DNA of 64,000 nt from assembly GCA_964016885.1 (NCBI GenBank), contig OZ024752.1:8060001-8124000 (forward strand), read 5' to 3'. The DNA comes from Eledone cirrhosa (lineage: Eukaryota). The notes beneath the pieces were generated by a model. That model ran no database searches, was not told where the DNA came from, and was given only the letters and a program-made list of their open reading frames with translations. Made by a program: the position numbers and the translations under genes. Below, in pieces: positions 49,205-62,342 of this stretch. Each line of letters starts with the position of its first letter. The first letter of the stretch is position 1.

Positions 49205-49648
49205 CATATGCTGCAACACTGACTTGGGTTCTTTTAAATCTATTTACACTCTGCCCACTATGTAGCTCCGGAATACAACCCAGATGAAGCAGACCTTGTA
49301 ACAGCACTGAGTACATTGAATGGCGCACCGCCTCTAACTGTTGTTACACACCTAACTAACGTATATCTACATTAGTTGGTGATAAGAAGGAGATCCAGTC
49401 ATAGAAAACTTGCCAAACAAAGGGATGGGTGGAACCTTCAGATGTGTGAAAGACATGACAACCTCTCTAGTGGTGGTGTGACGATAAAATACACTTAGTA
49501 GAGGGTGAGGCAGTATATAAGTGAGATGCAAAACCTCCAGGAGGCCAGTAGCCCTACTTCAGTACTGACTCTGTCTGTGAAGGCTCATCTAACCCTTGCT
49601 ACCAGAGAGAAAGTAAACGTTAAATAATGAAGATGCTGATTGTGTGTG

Positions 49649-49679
<31 letters not shown>

Positions 49680-50624
49680 GTAACAGTAACCTTTAATCAT
49701 TGAACTACATATAAGCTCATTGCTGCTAAGACACTATAAAACATAACCTTATAAGATTTCAGAAGAAGATAAGAAATGTATTCAATATAAATCTACTGTA
49801 GAAGTACAACTAAAAATAGTCCAAATATTTATATTGATTAAAGAGTTTGAAATAGACTGTGAAATCAATCTTTAGCATTTTCATTACCAAAACACACTGC
49901 CTATTGTTTTCAAATAATTTTCAAAATAATCAGGAAGCTTGTCTTTGTAGTATAACTTTACAAATGTTTTTACATCGAATTATGATGGAAGCTTTTTAGA
50001 TAAATATAATGACTAAAATGAACAGTTTTGTATAGTAGAACCAGGGATGCTTTCAGGCAATTTTGTATCAAAAAGAAAACTAAAATTATTTTCTTTCAAA
50101 GCAAGTTCAAATACTACAAATTAAAATTAGCATAGTAGTGGTATATATTTTATCGTTTTGATAAAATAAAATCTTTTGTGTTCAAATTCTATTACATTTG
50201 CCATGAAGGGTTGGTAGATCATCTGATAGAAAGCTGTTCTAGTTATGTGTGCTTTGATTTTAAATACAGCGTGGTCAACTTTTACTTTTTATGGTAGAAA
50301 AATAAAGTAAGAGTTTAGGGTGGTCAGCAGATGGATTGTCTTATGGTATCTTTCTGGCTTTTCAAACAGCAACACTGGTGCCAATTTCTCCTCTTGTCTT
50401 TCTCTTAGAGGACATCAATGACATATGTAACTGCTGGTCTTCCATAGAATACCTTGCTCAGGTATACACCTTGAAGGGGAACGTTCCAGATAGGAACCCA
50501 GTCTCACAAGACATATGGCACCTCAGAAATAATATTGAAAGCAGACACCGATAAAAAAAAAAACAACAAAACTGATATTGTGTTAAATCAACATAAATCT
50601 TTTTTACTATTATTATTTCACAGC

Positions 50625-50760
50625 GGCCCTTTATGGTCCGAGTTCAAATCCCACCAAGGTTAACTTTGCCTTTCATCCTTACAGGGTGAATAATAAAATA
50701 AAGTACCAGTAATACACTGGGATAATTGCTGGCCTTGTGCCAAAAGTAGAAACAATTATT
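50625..50760 (+). mobile_element. 5'-truncated SINE family A with 16-bp TSD
   Basis: ATTATTATTTCACAGC at 50609-50624 and 50755-50770. Confidence 0.9.
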
Positions 50761-51146
50761 ATTTCACAGCCATAGAATAGTCAGAAGTATTAGTGAGGTA
50801 CCCTGGACATTACAGTACAGCTACATAGCCTGCTACTTATACTCTGGACACATAGTATAGCTATGTAGTCTTAAATTTCACAGTTAGAGGTACCCTTGAT
50901 ACATAGTATAGCTATGTAGCCTACTTATATTTCTGGGATCCAATTACAACAATACCACTAGAAGTTCCATCTTAATGCCATCAAGTGACACTGAGATAAT
51001 TCCTCAGTAAAATTAACCCAAACTGTAGTCCTCTTTATATTCAATAAAAATGGTTCCATCATCTTCAGAGCAGAGGTACCAGTAATACCATTAAATAGAC
51101 ATGATGTTTCCTTTTTAAAAAGATTATATGAATAGTTAATTCTAAT

Positions 51147-51460
51147 TTAACCATTTAGTATTTAAACCGGCCATATCCGGCCAGAATTCTGTCACCTCTT
51201 TCTGCTTAAACCAGCTGTAACTGACTGCTCATACTGATGTTATGGTATTGTTCTCACATAGGAGATGACAAAGGACCGTGACGAATGGAGAGATGCTGTG
51301 CTGAAGAGGACCCGTCCCACCCTTGCAAGCAGGGAAAAGTGGACGTAAAATGATGATGATAATGATGATAAAAATCTCATAAATTATATATTATGTGAGA
51401 TAATTACATGAGGTAAAGCCTTTACTGCGGAACTATAATAGTATATATAGAGTAATGTAA
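51147..51460 (+). mobile_element. MITE family A containing an RTE 3' tail insertion (about 51260-51369)
   Basis: MITE body interrupted after GTATTGTTCTCA by MTKDRDEWRDAVLKRTRPT-coding DNA and a GGACGTAAAA(TGA)n tail. Confidence 0.85.
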
Positions 51461-51911
51461 AACCCAACACCCTAACCACTAGGCTATGTACCTTCACTAT
51501 CTCAATATACATAAGGAAATAACAGATCTAGGATATGAAATAACAATTCATCTTGAACTAAATACTTTTTCACTGAAAATGGTTTACTTTAAAATAAACA
51601 CATTGAATCAGTATTGTAAGAAATCAATATTCTATATAAAAGGTCAAACTTGTGTTTATAAGATCAAACTGCTAGGTCACAACGATAATTAGTCGGATAC
51701 AGTGTTTTGAAAGCAATAAATATATAATGCTGAACAAAACAAAGTTTAATAACAAGTAAAAGAAATATAAATTCCTAAAAGACTTGAGGTAAGAATAAGA
51801 CAAAGTGGATTTCTAACAGGAAATAGTTTCTTTCAACTATTGAAAAATAAGGGATTTCAGTAAAGAATTTATGAATAGGATAAACATAGAACAAAATAAT
51901 ATTTATGTTTA

Positions 51912-52545
51912 TGGCTGGTGCCATAACATGCACCCAGTCCACTCTGTAAAACTGGGTAAGGCTGGTGACATGGTAGCACGCACCCAGTCCACTCTGGAAA
52001 ACTGGGTAAGGCTGGTGACATAACATGCACCCAGTCCACACTGTAAAACTGGGTAAGGCTGGTGACATAACATGCACCCAGTCCACTCAGTCCAAGCTGA
52101 TCTTGCCCAATTGCAATGACACAGGACCGAGACCTCTGGCGTTATGTACCAATTCAGAAGACCCGACTTAGCACGAGTACAAGCCGAAGCTGAAGCATAT
52201 AGACAGTATGCTCCCCCCACACACCACACACTGTAAAGTGGTAGTGTAGGTGTGTGTCACAACTAAAAAGCACCCAGTACTCATTGTAAAGTGGTCATGT
52301 AGGTGTCACAACAAAAAAGCACCCAGTCCACACTGTAAAGTGGTCATGTAGGCACCACAGTAAAAAAGCTCCCAGTACTCACTGTAAATGAAGTTGGTGT
52401 TAGGAAGGGCATCCAGCTGTAGAAGTCAAGCCAAAATCAGTTCTGTATGAGCAAGACATGGTCACCTGACCTGGCATTGCCCACAACAGGACAACCTGTC
52501 TAACCCATGCTAGAGTGGAAGAATGGTCATAAAATGGTGATGATA
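51912..52545 (+). mobile_element. SINE C / RTE composite with about 50-bp tandem units
   Basis: Repeated GCACCCAGTCCACACTGTAAA units, DRDLWR relic, GGAAGGGCATCCAGCTGTAG core, AACCCATGCTAG tail. Confidence 0.8.
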
Positions 52546-52837
52546 CATATGCATATATATATATATATATACACACACACACCCTTGCAAGCAGGGAAAA
52601 GCAGACGTATGATGATGATATACATACACATATATATATATATAGTGCATGCAGATGTGTACATGTGTTATCTATGCATGGGTACAGTTTATCACCTAAT
52701 TAAATCCATACCATAATTTCAGTGATACTCAATAGATGTGGAGCTTTGCACCCACAAACGATCAGATAATCACTTGTTAATTGGGTGAAACCCTAGAATG
52801 AGAGAGAGTACCATGTGCACCTTCCTACCTACACCAC

Positions 52838-53247
52838 TTAACCTTTTTGCTACCAAAATGCCACTGCTCTTCATTCTACAACACAAAACTGTTTATTTTT
52901 TAAGTGTTTATAATTATCTAAAAATCTTCCATTATAATTTTTTTTATGCAAGAACCTTTGTTAAGTTGTGTTCCAAATACCAGCTTAACCCCTTAACATT
53001 TACATTACTCTATATTTCCTATTGTATTTTCGCGGTAAAGACTATCTGACATAATATCGAATCTATAAGATTTTGATATCATTTATTTTGAGAACAATAC
53101 CGTAACATCAGTATGAGTGGCTAGTTGCTGCCGGCTTAAATGCTAAAGGGTTAATAATGAGAAAGTTAGTTATATTACTAAATCCTCTTAACCTCTTGAT
53201 TATTTTTGAAAACCATAGGCAATATTTTATGAAAACAGAAGGGTTAA
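52838..53247. mobile_element. MITE family B with nested MITE family A (52986-53154, -)
   Basis: Outer TTAACCTTTTTG / CAGAAGGGTTAA; inner TTAACCCCTTAACATTTAC / AAATGCTAAAGGGTTAA. Confidence 0.8.
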
Positions 53248-53624
53248 AGTTCACGGTGACCTTTATGTCAAATGCTTTAGTAGTTCAACATCACTAATAT
53301 ATACCATAGTTAAAAATACACGCATATGTTAATGTCAAGGTCACTGGGCTTTTTAAAAAAATGTGTGTCTTGTCTAACTCATGCTAGAATGGAAAATAAT
53401 GATGATTTATTTTCACAAACACATATATATGGCATTGCCCCAGCATGACCATAACCTGTTGATTGGAACACGTAAGAGTATATGTATGCATGTCTTTCAT
53501 AGGTGGCAATTTGATGAATTAGAATGCTGGACAGGAGACTATGTGAGATTCACTCTAAATTTCTAATCCCCTTCAGAACTGGGGTCAATTCTTCCTCTAT
53601 ATCTTTCATTATTATTCTCTGGAA

Positions 53625-54040
53625 AGGGCGGTGGATTGGCAGTATCGGTAGAGGGTCGGACGCCATGCTTTCCAGCATAGTTACGTCCCTTTACCATCTG
53701 AGTTCAAATCCCGCCAAGGTTAACTTTGCCTTTCATCCTTACGGGGTCGATAAAATAAAGTACCAGTAATGCACTGGTAATTGCTGGCCTTGTGCCTAAA
53801 GTAGAAACAATTATTATTCTCTGGAATTAAGTTATTATTCTAAGGGCGGTGAATGGGCAGTATCAGTAGAGCGCCAGACACTCTGCTTTACAGCATAGTG
53901 TTATGGCCCTTTTTGTTCTGAGTTCAAATCCCGCCGAGGTTAACTTTGCCTTTCATCCTTACGAGGTCGATAAAATAAAGTACCAGTAATGCACTGGGTA
54001 ATTGCTGGCCTTGTGCCAAAAGTAGAAACAATTATTATTC
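53625..54040 (+). mobile_element. Two tandem full-length SINE family A copies (53625-53818, 53843-54039)
   Basis: Each starts AGGGCGGTG, has A and B boxes, core and tail; TTATTATTCTCTGGAA occurs three times. Confidence 0.92.
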
Positions 54041-54234
54041 TCTGGAAGAAATCCCTCATGTTCCGATCTAGAGAAAGATGGACCCTACCATATTTAAATG
54101 CTCCCACAGGCACATTTCAACCATCAGTACTTATTTTTTCAAGTCTGGTACTCATTTTATTGATCTCTGTCAGACTGCTAAGTTACAGGACATAAACATG
54201 GACACCCCATGCGCACACTTTATATAGGTAATAA

Positions 54235-54565
54235 GCACCCAGCCCGAACTGTAAAGTGGGCGACTAAGTGACATGACAAATAACACCCAGCCCATACTGT
54301 AAAGTGGTCGTGTAGGTTTCATGACAAATAACACCCAGCCCACATTTGTAAAGTGGTCGTGTAGGTGTCATGACAAATAACACCCAGTACTGACTGTAAT
54401 TGAGGTTGGTGTTAGGAAGGGCATCCAACCGTAGAGACCAAGCCAGAAACAGTTCTATAAGAGCAAGACATGGTCACCTGACCTGGCATTGCTCACAACA
54501 GGACAACTCGTCTAACCCATGCCAGCGTGGAAAAAGTGGCCATTAAACGGTGATGATGGGGATGA
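54235..54565 (+). mobile_element. SINE family C
   Basis: Four internal CACCCAG..CTGTAAAGTGG units, GGAAGGGCATCC core, RTE-type tail. Confidence 0.85.
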
Positions 54566-55179
54566 TACCATATGTAAGGATGGTGCCCTTACAACTTCAT
54601 CAAGAAGGGTCCATGGATGGGAGATTATTTTCATCAATTTTATGATTTAACTGATTTGTTAAGCTAGTGTGAAAATGGGAAGTATTAGTATTCATGTTAA
54701 GGAAGGATGGGTTAAGTGTCATCATGTTCACATGTCACAAATAGAGGAGGAGGAGGGCGGGGGCTTTAATTGAGATGTGTACTAGTTAAAGATGAATGAG
54801 GAAATGGAGTGCACTGTTTGGTGATGGTCGTATCAGTTGGGTTGAAGGAAAATACATTAAAGTAAGTTAGTATGTCAAAATATGCTACACAGACCTCCAT
54901 CGGTTTCAACAATGTGTGTACAAGTTAAGAGAACCAGCTTCTCATGAAAGTAACATACAAGGGGTAGAACATTCAACAGATATGAGTACCTATAACACCC
55001 ACAATGTCATTCAGCACATATGGCAAGGCTGGTTCTTTGAATTTTCTTTTTTGATCACTCAACAAGAGCCCAGACCTCATTTGCTTGCCAAGTGGGGTGG
55101 ACCTTATCAAATCGGACCAAGGAAACTTGTTTCTATTGCTGATACTATCTATCGGTCGCAAATCCTGGCAGAAGGAGCA

Positions 55180-55285
55180 ACATAAAATAAAATGTCTTGC
55201 TCAAGGACACAACGCATCATCCAGTCCGAGAATTGAACTCACAACCTCATGATTGCAAACCAAACTCTCTAACCAACAAGCCTTT
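55180..55285 (-). mobile_element. SINE family B 5' fragment
   Basis: GGAGCAACAT..TCTTGCTCAAGGACACAAC..GAGAATTGAACTCAC. Confidence 0.75.
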
Positions 55286-55829
55286 GAATTATAGGTACAG
55301 TCTATCTTGTATTACAGTAAATGGCTGAGTATTCCACAGACATGTTTACCCTTAACGTAATTCTCATTAACATTCAACATGATACTGTGTGACAAGGTTG
55401 GTTCTTTTGAATTGCAAGTACAGTCCATTTCACAGGCTTCCAAACAGTTTCTGTCTACCCCATTTCCCTTTTACTGGACATTGAGGAGTTAGCGGGTGAC
55501 AGACCTACAGTATAGCTCTTTCTTTTAGAGGTAGAAAACAGACATCAACTCACACCCCTCATCATGTCAGACACAAAACTTTAGGTCTGTCACCGTGAAT
55601 AGTAAGGCTGATGAGATTTATAGAGATGCTGCTATAGACATGAGTTGATGTGAACTGTGTAGAACAAGTGGCTAGAGTTGACATATTATTCACTGAAACT
55701 GGATGATTGAGGTAACCAGACTATGTGACAAGCTTAGACTAGCCATGAACAACACAGTATCAGTTACCTTCACACCACAATTAGGACAGACATAATGTGG
55801 ATTTAATTACACAATTATAGACATGCATC

Positions 55830-55927
<98 letters not shown>

Positions 55928-55931
55928 TATA

Positions 55932-56330
55932 TGGTGGCTGCCAACTCGCTTTCGAGTACGGCCACTACTTTATATCCATGTAGGAGAACCCCAACTGATG
56001 CGCTGAACGAGTGTGACTTTTTAGTCCAGCCTGCGATTTGAAAACTCTGGTACAAACACTACACTTGTGACAATTATTGACACATAGTGCTGGGCCCATG
56101 GTACCATGTGACGACAAGTGCAGAGATCTCCAGATATAAAGCAATGCCTGTGCCGTGAAGCTTTTATAGTGAGCAAAGGCACTGCACAAAGCCAGTCCCA
56201 CTCTCTTAACCAAGATGATATTTACCAAAAAGAAGAACAAGTCAACATCATTGGATACCATCAGGGTTGCAGGTGTTACATCAGCGTTTTCCTTCTCCTA
56301 GAATTCTGCCTTGACAAAGGCTAAGGGGTC
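55932..56330 (-). mobile_element. RTE (BovB-like) LINE 3' end with C2H2 finger, ending in a (TA)n tract
   Basis: CSVCTRVFKSQAGLKSHTRSAH resembles the C-terminal CxxCxRxFxSxxGLxSHxRxH of RTE ORFs; upstream frame broken. Confidence 0.65.
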
Positions 56331-56412
56331 ATCATATACACACACACACACACGTATGTAGTTGATGAACGAAAGAAAAGAGTACTCAATACTAACGTAG
56401 AGTTTAAATATT

Positions 56413-56540
56413 CATTTATTATGGCAAGTAGTGAATCTTGTTACTCTGGAGTTTCACCTGAACACTTGCAGGATCGTCAGACGATCTTGTGCAGGTGAAA
56501 CTCCAGAGTAACAAGACTCCCTACTTAGCCATAATAAATG
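56413..56540. repeat. Foldback palindrome centred on a hammerhead core (Penelope-like terminal repeat inversion)
   Basis: TCTTGTTACTCTGGAGTTTCACCTG pairs perfectly with CAGGTGAAACTCCAGAGTAACAAGA; minus strand reads CTGACGA-TCCTG..CAGGT-GAAA-CTC-CA-GAG-TA. Confidence 0.85.
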
Positions 56541-56959
56541 TGAGAGAGAGAGAGATAGAGAGGGGGGTGGGGGGACTGGAAGATGTTTAGACCAATGTAG
56601 TGTTTCTGCACTACAATCAGGGCAAGCTGACAAGCAAACGAAGTGTTTCTATGAGACCTTGTTGCAGACCATCTTGATAATAAATTACAGCAAACCTTGT
56701 TATCTTAGCTATACTTGTTGGACCACAACATGATGGCTACTCCAGCATTACATAGAAGCCATAGTGAGAGGGATGAAGGGGGTTAAGGCATTTGTAGTTC
56801 TGTGTCACAGGTGACCTAAAAACTTGCAACATTAACTTCAGGAAAGCAACCAGCCACCTGATCACTTAGAAATCACATGAACACACACACACACGGCCTG
56901 ATAGACTTCATACTCACCAGGAAATATGGGGTAGGCAACAGGTTGTGAAAAGAATGAAG

Positions 56960-57400
56960 CACTCAACATAGATTAATGATTCTCAACATCAGAGTAAGAG
57001 CTAGACAGACGCACTGACACAAGACAATCTGGAAAAAAGAAAGCATGGAAGCTGAAAGAGCTCGCAGCAAGATGCCGGTTGAAATAGTTGTTGACATGTT
57101 TAATAAGATAGAGACATATAACATAGAAGACAGAGTTTCTCTGAGATAATCTACTGGAAGCCACTTGTGGATGGAGTAAGTCTCTAGTCAGAGCTGACAT
57201 GGTGTTAGAATAGTAGAATAGAGCCAAAGATGGTAAAAGGTAGGACTAGAAGGATCAAAGAAGAATATCAGGTAGTTAGATCAAGAGATGACATAATTCT
57301 AATGTCATCTGGTAAGTGGCCCTGCTAGATACACAAATGGTAATGATGTCTGTGTTTAAGGAGAGATGTTGGATAATCACTATATGTAGGCCGTGAGTGC
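56960..57400 (-). mobile_element. Degraded CR1/Crack-like LINE 3' relic
   Basis: SLALFYY and SSFSFHAFFFP resemble the SL.LFY and SFFP motifs of CR1-group ORF2 C-termini. Confidence 0.45.
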
Positions 57401-57434
57401 AGAGGATGGGCAAAGACAGGAAGAAATAAGGTGA

Positions 57435-60400
57435 ACATATTTGTCTCAATATGTAATGTTAGTACACAGTAACAACATACTTGTCTCAATATGTAATGTT
57501 AGTACACAGTAACAACATACTTGTCTCAATATGTAATGTTAGTACACAGTAACAACATACTTGTCTCAATATGTAATGTTAGTGTACAGTAACAACATAC
57601 TTGTCTCAATATGTAATATTAGTACACAGTAACAACATACTTGTCTCAATATGTAATATTAGTGTACAGTAACAACATATTTGTCTCAATATGTAATGTT
57701 AGTGTACAGTAACAACACTTGTCTCAATATGTAATATTAGTGTACAGTAACAACATATTTGTCTCAATATGTAATGTTAGTACACAGTAACAACATACTT
57801 GTCTCAATATGTAATGTTAGTGTACAGTAACAACATACTTGTCTCAATATGTAATGTTAGTACACAGTAACAACATACTTGTCTCAATATGTAATGTTAG
57901 TACACAGTAACAACATACTTGTCTCAATATGTAATGTTAGTACACAGTAACAACATACTTGTCTCAATATGTAATGTTAGTACACAGTAACAACATACTT
58001 GTCTCAATATGTAATGTTAGTGTACAGTAACAACATACTTGTCTCAATATGTAATGTTAGTACACAGTAACAACATACTTGTCTCAATATGTAATGTTAG
58101 TACACAGTAACAACATACTTGTCTCAATATGTAATGTTAGTGTACAGTAACAACATACTTGTCTCAATATGTAATATTAGTGTACAGTAACAACATATTT
58201 GTCTCAATATGTAATGTTAGTGTACAGTAACAACACTTGTCTCAATATGTAATATTAGTGTACAGTAACAACATATTTGTCTCAATATGTAATGTTAGTA
58301 CACAGTAACAACATACTTGTCTCAATATGTAATGTTAGTGTACAGTAACAACATACTTGTCTCAATATGTAATGTTAGTACACAGTAACAACATACTTGT
58401 CTCAATATGTCATGTTAGTGTACAGTAACAACATACTTGTCTCAATATGTAATGTTAGTGTACAGTAACAACATATTTGTCTCAATATGTAATGTTAGTG
58501 TACAGTAACAACATACTTGTCTCAATATGTAATGTTAGTACACAGTAACAACATACTTGTCTCAATATGTAATGTTAGTACACAGTAACAACATATTTGT
58601 CTCAATATGTAATGTTAGTGTACAGTAACAACATACTTGTCTCAATATGTAATGTTAGTACACAGTAACAACATACTTGTCTCAATATGTAATGTTAGTA
58701 CACAGTAACAACATACTTGTCTCAATATGTAATGTTAGTACACAGTAACAACATATTTGTCTCAATATGTAATGTTAGTGTACAGTAACAACATATTTGT
58801 CTCAATATGTAATGTTAGTACACAGTAACAACATACTTGTCTCAATATGTAATGTTAGTACACAGTAACAACATACTTGTCTCAATATGTAATGTTAGTA
58901 CACAGTAACAACATACTTGTCTCAATATGTAATGTTAGTACACAGTAACAACATACTTGTCTCAATATGTAATGTTAGTGTACAGTAACAACATACTTGT
59001 CTCAATATGTAATGTTAGTACACAGTAACAACATACTTGTCTCAATATGTAATGTTAGTGTACAGTAACAACATACTTGTCTCAATATGTAATGTTAGTA
59101 CACAGTAACAACATACTTGTCTCAATATGTAATGTTAGTACACAGTAACAACATACTTGTCTCAATATGTAATGTTAGTGTACAGTAACAACATACTTGT
59201 CTCAATATGTAATGTTAGTACACAGTAACAACATACTTGTCTCAATATGTAATGTTAGTACACAGTAACAACATACTTGTCTCAATATGTAATGTTAGTA
59301 CACAGTAACAACATACTTGTCTCAATATGTAATGTTAGTGTACAGTAACAACATACTTGTCTCAATATGTAATGTTAGTGTACAGTAACAACATACTTGT
59401 CTCAATATGTAATGTTAGTGTACAGTAACAACATACTTGTCTCAATATGTAATGTTAGTACACAGTAACAACATACTTGTCTCAATATGTAATGTTAGTA
59501 CACAGTAACAACATACTTGTCTCAATATGTAATGTTAGTACACAGTAACAACATACTTGTCTCAATATGTAATGTTAGTGTACAGTAACAACATACTTGT
59601 CTCAATATGTAATGTTAGTACACAGTAACAACATACTTGTCTCAATATGTAATGTTAGTACACAGTAACAACATACTTGTCTCAATATGTAATGTTAGTG
59701 TACAGTAACAACACTTGTCTCAATATGTAATGTTAGTACACAGTAACAACATACTTGTCTCAATATGTAATGTTAGTGTACAGTAACAACATACTTGTCT
59801 CAATATGTAATGTTAGTGTACAGTAACAACATACTTGTCTCAATATGTAATGTTAGTGTACAGTAACAACATACTTGTCTCAATATGTAATGTTAGTGTA
59901 CAGTAACAACATACTTGTCTCAATATGTAATGTTAGTACACAGTAACAACATACTTGTCTCAATATGTAATGTTAGTGTACAGTAACAACATACTTGTCT
60001 CAATATGTAATGTTAGTACACAGTAACAACATACTTGTCTCAATATGTAATGTTAGTACACAGTAACAACATACTTGTCTCAATATGTAATGTTAGTACA
60101 CAGTAACAACATACTTGTCTCAATATGTAATGTTAGTGTACAGTAACAACATACTTGTCTCAATATGTAATGTTAGTGTACAGTAACAACATACTTGTCT
60201 CAATATGTAATGTTAGTGTACAGTAACAACATACTTGTCTCAATATGTAATGTTAGTACACAGTAACAACATACTTGTCTCAATATGTAATGTTAGTACA
60301 CAGTAACAACATACTTGTCTCAATATGTAATGTTAGTGTACAGTAACAACATACTTGTCTCAATATGTAATGTTAGTGTACAGTAACAACATACTTGTCT

Positions 60401-60577
60401 CAATATGTAATGTTAGTACACAGTAACAACATACTTGTCTCAATATGTAATGTTAGTACACAGTAACAACATACTTGTCTCAATATGTAATGTTAGTGTA
60501 CAGTAACAACATACTTGTCTCAATATGTAATGTTAGTGTACAGTAACAACATGTAATGTTAGTACACAGTAACAACA
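57435..60577. repeat. 40-bp satellite, about 78 copies
   Basis: Unit AACATACTTGTCTCAATATGTAATGTTAGT(AC/GT)ACAGTAAC. Confidence 0.99.
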
Positions 60578-60589
60578 GATAAATGAAGT

Positions 60590-61110
60590 AAAACAACAAA
60601 AACTGAGTACAAGAAGAATCAGATGTAACGAGCATGAAAGAAGACTGCACTGGTACAGACATGTGGTACATATGAAGTAGAAGAGGAATTAGATGTAATG
60701 TCCATGAGAGAAGACTGCACTGGTACAGACATGTGGTACATATGAAGTAGAAGAGGAATTAGATGTAATGTCCATGAGAGAAGACTGCACTGGTACAGAC
60801 ATGTGGTACATATGAAGTAGAAGAGGAATTAGATGTAATGTCCATGAGAGAAGACTGCACTGGTACAGACATGTGAGGCATATGAAGGAAAAGATGAGAG
60901 TTGAATAAAAGATTGCCAGGCAATGAAAGTGAAAGGAACATACAAAAAAAGATGAAAGAAAAGATTGGAAGAAGTGGTGATGGAAGGGTAAACCTTATGA
61001 AGATAAGATTACTAAATGGTGAGATGCTATACAGGAGAAAACCTGTCAAACCCATGCAAGAATGGAAAAGGGGGTGATGATGAAATGATGATGGTGATGG
61101 TGACGACAAT
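60590..61110 (+). mobile_element. RTE 3' end with an internal 70-bp tandem (about 4 copies, 60612-60886)
   Basis: ERRLHWYRHVVHM motif repeated, then AAACCCATGCAAGAATGGAAAAG and a (GAT)n tail. Confidence 0.85.
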
Positions 61111-61604
61111 GATGGCCTTCTACAAAGCTCAAGTAAAATCCAGAGTACTGGCCACCAGTCCTTAACGCTTCTGCTACACAAATACCTTACACTCACTCAA
61201 AAGCAAGCCCTTTCATTGGTTGCCACAAATTCACTCACCAACCAATAGTTCACAGATGTACTGTGTCCTTTACTGTTTCAACTTCTCAACTACTGTACAC
61301 CCCTTTCACCCAACTCTCCTTATCGCATCACCCCTACAATCATTAGATCCCACACTAAATACTTCCTCCCCACACATGCAAGGCTCTAATGTGCCATCCT
61401 TCTCTGTGACTTCCATACAGACATCAATCTACATATGTTCAAAGTTAACATCAACCACATCAATCTTACCAATATGGAAGGAATTATCATGGGCACTGTC
61501 CCTTCATCATTTAACTAATGTATAAATGTACCAAATTGAAGGAGTGAGGCAACAAGTTAAATCTTATCTGAAATTTTTCTGCTATTTCACATGTAAAGAC
61601 CTTG

Positions 61605-61823
61605 TTAACCCTTTAACATTTAAACCAACCACATCTGGCCAGAATTCTCCGTCTTTCTATTCAAACCAGCCGTAACCGGCCACTTATACCGACATTAAGG
61701 TATTGTTCTCAAAATAAATAATATCAAAATCTCATAGATTTGATATTATGTGAGATAATCATATGAGATAAAGCCTTTACCATGAAAATACAATAGAGAG
61801 TAATGTACATACTAAAGGGTTAA
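61605..61823 (+). mobile_element. MITE family A, full length
   Basis: TTAACCCTTTAACATTTAAACC...ACTAAAGGGTTAA. Confidence 0.9.
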
Positions 61824-62342
61824 ATCAAATTTTACAAAATATGTTTCTTGACAACTACTAACAGTTCTCATTTCACAAGCCAATCAAATTAATTTGTTAC
61901 CATAGAAATTATTTTACATGTAATTGATGAAATGACATTGATGAACTATCTATTTCAGACAAGAGTGAAATGGTTAATCAAACATGAATGTCTGCATATT
62001 CTTATTAACTATTTTCATAATTAACAATATGTAACTATAGATGGTTAGTTTATTGACCTCATGGAATATCCATGCCATTCACAAGACCTTTGTGGTGCAA
62101 CTGCACATAAAAGCAACCAATCAAATAGTCAGTATTTATACACTAAACTGAGTGGATGAGATATATTTTACCATCATGTCTACCATGTAAATAAAATATC
62201 AAAATATTCTTACACAAATTAAAGTTTGTTTACTTAACCCTTTTAAGTTTGAATTCAAGAAATTAGTTACTATTTCTACACATAAATATTTACAGAACTA
62301 ATCATTCCTTTGTAATACTATTTAGCATCTACATTGTCAATA

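Noticed and set aside
53625-53720. tRNA genes suggested by A and B boxes (also other SINE heads)
   Set aside because: No cloverleaf; continuous with multi-copy SINE bodies
55965-56261. C2H2 zinc-finger ORF as a host gene
   Set aside because: Single finger followed by a retroposon-like end at (TA)n; better explained as an RTE C-terminus
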